Below, in pieces: positions 12,871 through 23,837 of a stretch of DNA of 64,000 nucleotides. Numbering within the stretch: position 1 is the stretch's first letter; the number at the start of each line of letters is the position of its first letter. The notes beneath the pieces were generated by a model. It was not told the DNA's origin, searched no databases, and saw nothing but the letters and a program-made list of their open reading frames with translations. This stretch comes from Paraphysomonas bandaiensis (Eukaryota > Protista > Chrysophyceae): the NCBI GenBank assembly GCA_965644295.1, contig CBFFRP010000181.1:124001-188000 (forward strand). The letters run 5' to 3'. A program made the position numbers and the translations under genes.

Positions 12871-12893
12871 TTAGGGTTAGGGTTAGGGTTAGG
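12871..12893 (+). repeat. Short interstitial telomere-like repeat (TTAGGG)3 TTAGG
   Basis: Read directly from the sequence. Confidence 0.9.
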
Positions 12894-13090
12894 CCACATG
12901 ATGCTTTTGCAGAAGAGGGTCTGAAGACACAACATCCTGAATACAGTATTGTTTTCATGATTCCCAAATGCTCCCCCAATAACGTTGAGATCGCTTGCGC
13001 TTGGATTCGTTCACGGAATTAAAAATACACTTTCTTTCTCGAGATGACGAAATGAGTAAGACGGATGATAAGTACAATTGTGGTGTGTGG

Positions 13091-15955
13091 TGGTATACCG
13101 GTTTAGGTTGTCCTGCAATATGTCTCTGAAATAGCGAGTGGTTCGTCGCAATCGTGAGACATAAAGATTTTGATTTGTAAAAAGCCACTACTCGTTTCGA
13201 CGAATAATAATAGTAATAACTGTATAACGACCATCCCACTCTAAATAGGTATACCAGCTAAGTTTTTGCTACTTTTGTTTTTCTGTTAGATTATATTACC
13301 TTTTGGGCAGTGTAATCATGAATAAAGCGGTATACCCGTTCAGATTTAGGTGTTCGCCAATATCGGTCAGACCTCGATTTTATATAGAAGACCCGACGAT
13401 ACTTTATCATCAAAATATATAAAAGTTTACTAGACTAGTTACGTTGTCAATATGTGATGACCTAACCTTTTGAAATTTCGTTAACCTGCCGTAAGTAGTT
13501 AGAATTTACACTGTGTTTCATTTTTACAGTAATAATATTATAGTTACAGTAATATAGTATTGAATCATGTGTTGTCTGTGTATAATATATTTACGTTGAT
13601 GTGAGATTTTCGTAAGTATTATTAAAACGTAGATTTATATAAAAAGTAACAATATAATACAATATTTTAGCAAAATCGTTTTAAAATATATATAATTGGA
13701 AGTATACACAACAACTAAGTTGTAAATTAAAACATAAACATAGTCCTCAAATAAGTACTTATATAACACTTTTCTATATATATGAAACCTGCTAAGGAAA
13801 TCACTTTTTACCAGGTTTCACAATCACACCGACTTCAGTGGTAGTACTACTGTAGGTAAACCGGTATACCAGCTCATTTATAGGGTATACAACCTCAAAA
13901 TATAATATATATTAATAAAAGTCAGTAATTAAAGTAATTAAGATATTAAGCAAAATATTTTTGTATTTTTTCCTCAGCGACAGTGCAACTAACTTTCTTG
14001 CTTCTCTTATCACGCGTCTTATTTCTACATAATATCAGACCTTTTTTTTTCGTGGTACCTTCGCAGCGTATTGTTTCCCCTATATTTTCCCATCATAAGT
14101 AGTAGTAATTGTTTCATATTTAGAAACGATATCATTTCCCATCTCCGATAAAATTCTAGGTTACCATCATACTTATTTGATTGATGAGATATTGATACAG
14201 CTGAAGAGTAATAATCGTCAGGCGGGAAAGCAGCATTGCCTTTTGACGAAACTGGCCTAAAAGATTCAATTAAGGTTTACTCACCAACTAAGAATATCAG
14301 AACTGAATTCGATGCTGCAGAGAGCTGATGATACAAACGTTTGATACGTATATAAGCAGTAAAATATAGCAGTGCAACGCTATCATAAGAAAATTTGGCA
14401 GCTATGATGCTGTGACATAATAATAATTTCTGCATCAAAGTCATCATCATCGTTATAATCATTTGGGCATCCCATCATAGCCTTTATGGTCAACGACGGG
14501 TAAAGGACAATTGATTCAATATTCAAATATATATTAATCTGTAGAGGACTCTCGTACAAACGTACCACACTATCATTATTTCCAACATACACTTACTTCA
14601 CGTTCATCTCTTTTCAGACATTTTTACAAAATGCTCTCATATTTTTGATTTTAGAATTACCAGCAGTTAAACCATCAAGTCTGACTTTCGGACGACTTCT
14701 GTTATAATACACTTCGTTTTCCCTTTTTAATAGGAAAGTTTTCGTTCTCGCTGCATCGAATACATATAATACCGCTTTCCCAATTTATTGGTTGTGCACG
14801 TAATTTATGTACACCCTTTCCGTCAAACAACACGAAAAAGCGATTAATACAACAAGATTCTTTTCCGGGCACAACACTACACATCATTCCATATGTGCAA
14901 GAACTGATTAAACGTATTGAGCACTCTGAAACCGAGGAAGAACACCAGAAGATTCGTTCCGACAAAGAAATCTTGAGTGTTAAACATGAAGTCTGCTCAC
15001 ACATTCCCAGTCAGATATCAGAACTTATTACTTCGGATTTATATTCTGAGAATTATTTGATGGAAACACCATCGTCGCTGCAATTATAGCGCGATTGAAG
15101 TCCGAGGTTGTTGTTATCTAATATATATATGTCTCTTGTGATTCCACCGTCGAATGGTTCCAATTTTTGTTCGTCACACCATCGTCGTCTAAGATAGAAA
15201 AATTGGCGTCTGTAGTTGACCAAAATATGTCTTCTGTGATGCCACCATCGAAAGTTCCGAATGATTTTTGCAAAATGGTGATTATTTGATGAGGATACTC
15301 TTTCACCATCTCGATTATGTCACACTTGACAATGATGTTGATGTTGTCCCAATTGCAAAGCCATAAAATGGTCTGCCAAAACGAAACATGATTGGGAGTC
15401 CACCTACAACATATGGGAGATGAGAACGTCATTGTGGAAAATAAAGAATGGTTGTTAGTGGTGATATTCACTATAATCTAGTGTACCGTATACGTCTGAC
15501 CGCTGGGCCATTATTGGTGTGCTGAGTGCTGCCACCTCATATCTCTTATATATGTCTAATTATTTAGTGTATGACAATTTAGCTAATAATACAATATTGG
15601 TAGTAAAAGCATTTAGTTTAGTTGTTTAGTGTAGATCGCTGAAAGACACCTTTGGTGTTCGCGTTGCAACAACATTGGTTAAAATAATACCTGGCATCTG
15701 ACATGCAACTGTTCGTTTCGAACATTAACGTACTATTTGTGTTTTCGGCGAATCATACACAAACTACAGTATATATATATCCTCTTGTTCCGTAAAGTTT
15801 CTCCAAATAATTAATAGTTATACCCACGTGATGGCTGAAATATGTTAAACTAATGTTACTCAACTACTGATATTATTATTACAGCAGAAGGAACCAATGT
15901 TACTAAACCGGACTCAAGGATACGGTAACGCCCATGTTTAAACCGGTATACCAAC
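13091..15955. mobile_element. Degenerate repeat/TE-like region bounded by TGGTATACCGGTTTA inverted repeats, with decayed minus-strand coding remnants
   Basis: The motif at 13091 has reverse complements at about 13857 and 15939, with further GGTATACC cores at 13248 and 13329. Broken ORFs lie at 14000-15470, including a Cys/His pattern resembling a decayed PHD finger. No TSD was found. Confidence 0.4.
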
Positions 15956-16060
15956 TAAATGCTGAGATACATACTAATCGAATTGCACAACAATTGGCAT
16001 AGTTAAAAATATATAAATTATTAAAGAGATAAGTACTATCGTTCGAGTCGCACATGCTGA

Positions 16061-17063
16061 TCAGTATCCGGATTCCGTTAACAATCTATGAATGACATCT
16101 TCTTTGTCTATGCATTGTGCTGTCGAAACGTTTCTGCATCTCGCAACTGCTAATAAGTCCTTAATGCTTAGCTCCCTTAGGGTCGCCTCATCTATACTAG
16201 GTCTCCTTCTTCCAGGAGAACTGCCACTGTCGGTACCGCTAATCTCTGCAAGGTTAACAGCCGCATCTTCTTGTTCTGCAACCGCAAAGTTGACGGTACT
16301 CTCACTTTCAACAACTTTAAATATATTTGATGAGCATTCTGTATCGTTGTTACCAGCAACAGAATCATGACTGTTATGGGTTTCGTTAGTCAATCTGACA
16401 ACTATTTGTACACGACCAGACTCTATTAGACACTCCGCAAGTTCCTTTTTCTCTATTGCATGACCGTGGGGTACACCAAAGGCAACAAGCATATGTTTCA
16501 GTTCCTTCACAGATTTACACAATAGATCATCCCTGCCATAAATATAAGGAGAACACAAAAGTTATAAGGAATGTGTGTGCATACATCGTAAGATCAATCG
16601 GGGGAGCTCTCTTCTGAATGTCCACACGACCACTACCAATCAAACGGTCCACTAGATCGATTTTGTCAAAACAATCGCCGTAAGAGATACCAAATAAATC
16701 TAGAATTGCTCGTAGCTGCTTTATTGACTTGGACTCAAGTTCATCCTTTCGACAGCGGATGTTTCGCTTTCTCATTCGTTGTTTTCTATCTATTTCAAAC
16801 TTTTTATCATCGGTTTGATATTCATAACGGCACTCCGGGCATGTACACTGCATTTGAAGCCAGTCTCTCACACAAGGAATGTGATAAATATGTCCACAAT
16901 CTAACTTACAGCATACTGTTCCTATTTCTAAGTACTCTAAACATATAATACACTCCGGTCCACTTTCATTAAATGCAATATCATCTTGTGTCATGACAAT
17001 ACTCGGTAGATGATTATACATCTGTGGACTTGCAGGTGGTATCTTTGTTTGTCCTTCATTCAT
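16061..17063 (-). CDS. RING-H2 E3 ubiquitin ligase with three helix-extension-helix (SAP/HeH-like) repeats; one short intron at about 16532-16583
   Basis: The RING-H2 is CIIC...CGHIYHIPC...W...CPEC. Three repeats fit L..KS(I/V)K(Q/E/D)L...G(I/V)....(D/E)K.(D/E)L..RL..SG. A gtatgc...ggcag intron joins the two ORFs. Confidence 0.85.
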
Positions 17064-17819
17064 ATCTACTTTCAATGTCTCAGTTAAGAGTATCTATGTA
17101 CTAAACTATACTATACACGACATAAGAGGCTATGAGCTATACACTATGAGTTCATTCAGTAATAAGGAGTGTCATTTCATCACTCTCAAGATGTTCATTG
17201 TATGAAATAAAGAAGAGTGTGATCTTGTATGTGAATGGAACAAAATATATTCATATATATATAGAGTGCCTCAGTAATGTATGACTATATGTGTACACAT
17301 ACATACTGCTGCACTCTGTGTATACCTGTATACATACACTGTGATGTGACTATAGTATATATTTGCCGCATATACACACTCTACGACCGTACGCGTAGTA
17401 TGTGCAGGGTGGAACTCTCTGTACACATTTTAGTTGACAATTGAGTTTTTTTTTTCTTTAAAAAAACGGTATTTTTCTTTTAAAAAAATGAAAAATTGAG
17501 GCTTGAAATTCCTCTTTTTTAGTTCCCTGCCAACTTCATAACTACACTGTATACACACTGTACTCTTCCCTAAGGCCACTAATTATGGTGAAGACAAAAG
17601 ACAAAAAGACGGAAGACATTTTGTCTTCCTGGCATGAAAAGCAGGAATTATGGGAGGACAAAAGACAGAAATCGGCCAAAAGACAAAATGTCTTTCTGTC
17701 TTCGGGAGACAAAAAGACATAAATATGAGCAAATTTATGTCTTTTTGTCTTCGAAGACATAAATCAAGAGTGGAAGACATTTTTACACAATGAAGCACTA
17801 ATTAGGGCTTATATACCTC

Positions 17820-18657
17820 ATAAACAGCACAGATCGCAATGATTTACAGTCTCAAACATTGGCAGAAGCTTGCTATTGCTTTGGCAGGCATGGAGACCCA
17901 TGGTGTCAAGACCACGACGATTGCAGAGCAACGGAACAATACCGTCCGGCGTACAGATGAGGGAGTTGCTCATAAAGACGTTGGAGCTCTCCTGGAATCG
18001 TAAAGAAGCTGAAAGGGTGAAAAGGAGAGCTCTAGCACAAATTCGGGAGGCGAGTTATATGATAATAATGACAGCAACCCCAAGCCATTTGACCCCAATG
18101 GTAGTTATCTTGGTCCGATCGATTTTATTGTGTTCATGCAAGTAGGCCTACCAGCTGGGGAACATTATTGGGATGGTTTCAAAGTTATTGTCGGTAATGG
18201 TCCTTCCAGTGAGAAACCCCAAGAAAAGAGTACCAAAAGGTTCGAAAGGAAGAAAGGAGCAGCGCAATAAGAGCTTGAAGGAGTCTGGTTATTCGGAAGG
18301 AGATTCTAATAGCATAGGAGAATATGAGGTCAGAATGACAGCCCGTCACAATCGTATGGAGGAGTTCAGATATTATTTTACTATGTTTCCGGACGACCAA
18401 GATATGAAGGACAAATTCAAAGAGTTCATCAACTCCGATCTAGCTCCAACGCTGAAGAGAAAAGCTTCCTCTGTATTAATGACACCACCAAAAACGCACG
18501 TAATTCTACTATGAGCACACCTAGTTCTGCCATTGACAGTACCATAACATCGAACTCAACGAGCAGCACACCTCACATGCTGCAATTTACTTGCGACTCT
18601 CCTGAGACTTCTGTCATTGAGAACTCTGTGGACCTCTCGGATATCGTTTCCGATTGA
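17820..18657 (+). pseudogene. Fragmented second (accessory) gene of the Harbinger element
   Basis: Overlapping broken ORFs (17870-18145, 18173-18514) lie convergent with the transposase inside the TIRs. Harbinger elements typically carry a second gene, but no Myb/SANT motif can be recognised. Confidence 0.45.
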
Positions 18658-18808
18658 AAGATTATCAAAATGCCAATGCAATTCTAGTTATAGCATATAA
18701 TCACATGTTGGTATCAGCTATACTATAATTACTGCATAATAATATGCTATTTGCTATGTTAATTGCATGAGCTAAGTAATCAACTGTACTTATGAAACAA
18801 ATCAGTTT

Positions 18809-19894
18809 TTAATTATGACCATACAAAAGTTTTATCACTACACATACGCATGAAATGGTTAACAGTTTTATCACTACACATACGCATGAAATGGTTAACA
18901 AATTTATTTCTGAGGACAGTGTGCTCATTTTCAACTTCAGTACGTACAGCTTCAACTGTATCAAACAATGTACACCACATCGATGTTTGGGATCTGTTAG
19001 ATCTGTGTCTCTCTGTACTCTAAGCACAACTTCTTTCAACTTACCGTTATTTTCTCTGTGAACTTTAAATGCTTTATCTATGTCGCATAAATCATGAAAT
19101 CCATCTGGTCCATTCCATTCCACACCCTGCTCCCACAGCTTAAACAAGTTATCATCCCTCATGATCTCATTGTGTAGACAACAGCATGTGAAAAATACAT
19201 TGTCAATTTCCTCTTTACTTTGAAGCAGAATAGAAATTTTTAGAATTCGAAAACGCCCCTTGAGTATACCGAATGTGCATTCGATGTCCTTGCGAACCGA
19301 TTCTAGCCACTTTGACCAGATTCTGAGGTCATGGGCAGATGTATTTTTAACTGGACACTGCATGCACCTCCATTTATGATATCCTCCATCACAAATGAAA
19401 TATAAACCCTTTATCTCCTCTTCGTTGTCGTCATGTGTATTCTTCACTTTTACGACCTAGAATACACAGTTCAAACAACCTCAAATATTCTAAACAGGAA
19501 AATACCTATCGCGTCAGTATCAGCGATGGGTTGCCCTGTTAACTTATTCTTACGAAGTGAGGAATCTTTAGCCCATAGGACTATTTCTTGAAACATTTGA
19601 TACGGAACTCGAAATCGCGTTCTGAAAAGCTTGCCTGATGCAGAGTCACGTGATATATAAAACAGTACCAGAAGTCATACCTTCACGAGTTGTTGGGTCT
19701 CTTATCCTTGCATCCCTCAGCAGGAGGCCCCATGGCGTGTCATCGTAGTCAATACGTTCATACACATTTCTTCTTGCAATTATACGATCCTCACTGGACG
19801 CTCGAGTTTTCTTCACAAGCTGTTTGATGAAGGATGTTTTCTCCTTTTTGTATACTAAGTACTTTCGGGACAATGTACCCACGCGAAATATCAT
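18809..19894 (-). pseudogene. Harbinger-type (DDE_Tnp_4) transposase with introns and a central deletion
   Basis: The C-terminal part reads ICDGGY...ESVRKDIECTFGILKGRFRILK...CCCLHN. The N-terminal part reads TPWGLLL..DPTTREG|KLFRTRFRVPYQMF across a 46-nt GT-AG intron at 19635-19680. After DAIGRKS the sequence jumps to the DGGY region, so the segment carrying the first catalytic Asp is missing. Confidence 0.85.
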
Positions 19895-20442
19895 ACTATA
19901 AACTTTACACTGTCACTTGTGACTTGTGTTGTAATGCTAATGCTCTGATTCACAATGCATTCAGTGAGAACAAGCGAGTATGAATGAACAGAAATTCAAA
20001 TTCGAACACAAAATCCATGTTTTTGTCTTCTGTCTTTCTGTCTGCACCATAATTCCAGCTCCATTCGCACCTGGACAAAAACAATTCTGCTGAAAAAATG
20101 TCTTTTGTCTTTTTGTTTTATGTCTTCACCATAATTAGTGGCCTAACCACTCATACTCTCTCAACCAATCATATCTACGAATATCATTTTCTTTGGGTGA
20201 AATGAAAATTTCATTTTTTTTTCCGTTGGATTAGGACACTGTCTGTCTCTCAGAGTATCACACAATCAACAACATCATCATATCATCACTACCCGACCAC
20301 CGCACACATAGTACGGTTTGGTAGATTCCAGATTCATTATTAACTGCTAATAATATAAATTATAGACCATAGTATACTATTTCAATATTGTTTAACTATT
20401 TAGGTGTGCCCATATATTGCCACCATTGTGCTAAGATCTAGT

Positions 20443-22158
20443 ATGTTTACGTATATATTTTTGATTCCATACGTGTTGGAATTAACGAGAGCAAATTTTG
20501 TTTCACGTAATTTACACGAAGTTGAGAGTACCTGTGGTGACAGTTATGTTCAGTTTACCAGAGGGCCATCCGCTCAAGGCTTTGAGACAGTTTCGTATAA
20601 ACTTTCTGAAATTGGACTGCATGGCACTACTCTGGTCTCTGATGTTGTTGATTCTAGGACCATAGGATCATCAGGAAACGATTATTGGTGTTTATCACAC
20701 GACTCTCTGTATTACATGGAAATTAATACTGCATCAAGCGTTTCTTCTGGGCCCATCGTTTTCTGCGGTATGACTGAAATCACCCATGGATCAACATTCG
20801 TTATTCATGAAGATGGGAACTGTGTTATCTTGGAGAGCGATTTCCACGATATTACTATTGATTCAATGGACTTTTCGGCCGAGTATTCGACGGATATGTC
20901 TTGGGATTATTCTAGTGACTTTTCTATGGACAACGATTTCTCAGCGGACTTTTCGGTTGATTTGTCTATGGACTTTTCTGCCGATTTTTCACTTGAACTT
21001 TCGTATATACCCACTGCGAGTCCAACTGCTCCGCCCACTACTATATTCTCTACCCTCCAAGCCTCGAACCACTCTCTCGACTGCTATGCGGATTGTACAT
21101 ACCCTAATGCCACTCTCTCTCCTTTTGAGTGGGGTGGCGAAGAGTACTGTGCCTTTTATGCTGCATCTGAGTGCTCCACTAGTGGTGTCGCGAACTATAC
21201 ATGTGTCCCTCAATGCCTTTCAGATTGCCCCGATGTGTTTTGTGAAACTTTCTCTACTCTAGATGTTACATGCGACAATGCCAACCACGATGGAGGTCTG
21301 TATCTGAATAAAACCTATCTCGACGAGGCATGTCTAGTTTCGTACTCTTCATCGGCACCTACACAGACGATACTGGAGTTTAGTTCTGATGTTTCCTATG
21401 AGGGAGTGACCAAGGAATACTTTAACACCACTGAAGCCAGGGAAAGTGCAATATTTGCAATGGCTGAGTCACTCAGCGGAGTCACTGCTGCCGGTGTGAA
21501 TATTACTAATATAACCGACACGATCATTACAACACGACTCAGATCCCGTACTCGTCGGTTAGATACTGTCGCTGCTGTGATTACTTACAGCATTACATCA
21601 ACTGTGGAATCTCTAGGTCTGACTAGTGATGACACTAACGAGGCTTACTCCACTCTCACATCGGAGATTGCTTCTTCGGTGAGCAGTGGTACTTTTCTTA
21701 CTCTATTTAAAACTGCGGCTGAATCTAAGAGTTTGGTTGTGCCCACTTCTTTAGATGTGCCTGTTAGTGGTGTAACTTACTCGGATCCAATTGTTGTTTA
21801 TAAGGTAACGTCCTCACCAACTCGCTCGCCCACGCGTTTCCCAACAATCGTACCTACACCTGTGCCATCAATGCCTGTAGGTGGAAGTAACAATGGTAGT
21901 GATGATAATGATCTCAATACACCTATGCTGATTTTGGTAGTGGCGGGGAGTGTTGTTGGGGGACTTCTGATATGTGGAGCCATTGTGTGGGCGATGACCA
22001 GCAGCGGTTCCAAGAACACTGTTGGTGCTCAACAGGTTCCTGACCATGATGACTTTGAAGGAGATATTGTGCCATCCTCTAAGGATAGTAGTAAAGTTCG
22101 CCACTCGACCGTTACAATGTCTCCTGTGAATACACAAGCCAGCCGCCCACTGCTATAA
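20443..22158 (+). CDS. Type-I membrane/surface protein with signal peptide, Cys-rich domain, acidic DFSx repeats and PT-rich linkers
   Basis: The N-terminus is hydrophobic (MFTYIFLIPYVLELTRA). PTASPTAP and SPTRSPTRFPT linkers are present, and a TM segment ILVVAGSVVGGLLICGAIVWA precedes a short cytosolic tail. Confidence 0.8.
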   Translation: MFTYIFLIPYVLELTRANFVSRNLHEVESTCGDSYVQFTRGPSAQGFETVSYKLSEIGLHGTTLVSDVVDSRTIGSSGNDYWCLSHDSLYYMEINTASSVSSGPIVFCGMTEITHGSTFVIHEDGNCVILESDFHDITIDSMDFSAEYSTDMSWDYSSDFSMDNDFSADFSVDLSMDFSADFSLELSYIPTASPTAPPTTIFSTLQASNHSLDCYADCTYPNATLSPFEWGGEEYCAFYAASECSTSGVANYTCVPQCLSDCPDVFCETFSTLDVTCDNANHDGGLYLNKTYLDEACLVSYSSSAPTQTILEFSSDVSYEGVTKEYFNTTEARESAIFAMAESLSGVTAAGVNITNITDTIITTRLRSRTRRLDTVAAVITYSITSTVESLGLTSDDTNEAYSTLTSEIASSVSSGTFLTLFKTAAESKSLVVPTSLDVPVSGVTYSDPIVVYKVTSSPTRSPTRFPTIVPTPVPSMPVGGSNNGSDDNDLNTPMLILVVAGSVVGGLLICGAIVWAMTSSGSKNTVGAQQVPDHDDFEGDIVPSSKDSSKVRHSTVTMSPVNTQASRPLL

Positions 22159-23779
22159 AAAGTGTTGGTTGTATTCAATATAAATTCTTGCTGGTATTAT
22201 TATGAACATATGGGAAATGTGTATCACCGCTTCATATAGAGTCAACTTGGTTATTGTGGTACGTATCAAAATAATACCAGTGAAAGACGAATATAAACTG
22301 CGTAGTAAATCATTAGCTTGGAGTGTGCTATAATTTAAGCACAGAAACATGTGGATTGCGCCCTCGCTATTATAATCGTTAAATAATAATCTAGTAGTCA
22401 TCGTGCGTTCAATGTGGAATACTTATCTCTATTCATTAATAATATGCAAATTAGAAAATGGTATAGCAAATATAGAGCTACCGATATTGTTTCCACGATC
22501 CAGCCTCAAGAATGGATAATTCGTACCTGTTTGTTATTTATACGTAAAAGATATACAGATTTTACATGCACCGCGCCAACTATAACTACTGCTGAATTAC
22601 TGTAGTATAGTCTTCATATCAGCTGTCGCACACCACAATATAACCGATATAAAAAGCAGAATACTTCTATATATTACATACAATAAGTTTAAAAAAGGAG
22701 CCCTAATTTCACTCACAAATGCTGCAATACATTCTCGTTCATGAGTAGCTGCAGAATTCAATAAGCGAATGAACACCTCGATTAGTTTTTCTATAATTCA
22801 GAAGGCTATATATATTGCAACACTATTGTTAGTGTCTTATCAATAATATCGCAATACTTTTGTATCCGACCCAACATAGTGCAATGTATTAGTATTGTTT
22901 ATTAGCAATGAAATATATGCTTATATTCCGTTTTTATACTCCTCATGAAGTTCACATGATAACCAAAGCCGCTACTGTGGCAAAAAAGACTATCTACTGC
23001 TTAGTTAATCACAATATTTTGGTGTGGTTACATGTTGCAGATAAATAATAATTTTAGCTTCACGGTGCTGGAGATGAGTGCACTGCCATATCTTGCAATA
23101 TGCCCAGCTGTCAGACTGTTCTATATATATAGTTATCCCTATAGCCTTGCCCGGTACTCCCTCTATATATGTATAATCTCATGCATAGAGTGTTGATAGC
23201 AATACAGATAAGCCAATACGTATCTGGGTAATCAATACATTACAGTAGTCTTATTGTCTTCTATAATAGTTGCATCTACTTGTTTGTAAGTGGTATTATG
23301 ATGAATATATATAGTGTGTACATGAAAGGACAATATATGGCCAACTGCCTGTACGAGATACTGTATACCTGCACCAATATGGATGGATACTAGAAATCAG
23401 TAAAGTTCGTGGACGAGCAGTGCTGTAATTGGTCGTAGTATTTTCTGGCCACACAATTATCAGGGTTTTATGCATTGTTTTTCTGAAAATATGCGGTTTT
23501 ACATCAACATACACCGTCAATGGTCACTGTAAGTACAGACTTTTTGATTGGTTGCCCACACAACATATAAAGTATTCATTTTTCTCTCAAAACTGGCATA
23601 TTTCACAATTTTTCTTGAATAATATAAAGATTTTATTCCAATAAATATACATAAAAAACCTATTTTCTAACCCACAAACCACAACCACAAATCAATACTA
23701 TCAAGTCGTAATCTACACTCATCCAGTCCACTTCTATCCCATCCATCTAATTCCACTACCAAGAAGTCACTTAAGACAA

Positions 23780-23814
<35 letters not shown>

Positions 23815-23837
23815 TATATATAATTCAATATATCAAG

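Larger units (their letters stand above)
17574..20143. mobile_element. PIF/Harbinger DNA transposon, internally deleted (2570 bp)
   Basis: A perfect 23-bp TIR GGCCACTAATTATGGTGAAGACA extends to about 49 bp imperfectly. TAA TSDs are at 17571-73 and 20144-46. Subterminal AAGACA repeats and a DDE transposase remnant are present. Confidence 0.95.

Noticed and set aside
12871-12893. True chromosome end
   Set aside because: There are fewer than four units and genes continue on both sides.
16527-16590. Programmed frameshift between the two RING-gene ORFs
   Set aside because: A canonical short GT-AG intron explains the frame change.
17405-17530. Small MITE (GCAGGG..GAACT / AGTTCCCTGC)
   Set aside because: The inverted match is only about 10 bp, with no TSD and no second copy in the window.
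17542-17798. Two short minus-strand ORFs
   Set aside because: They lie in the Harbinger TIR and subterminal AAGACA repeats and are not coding-like.
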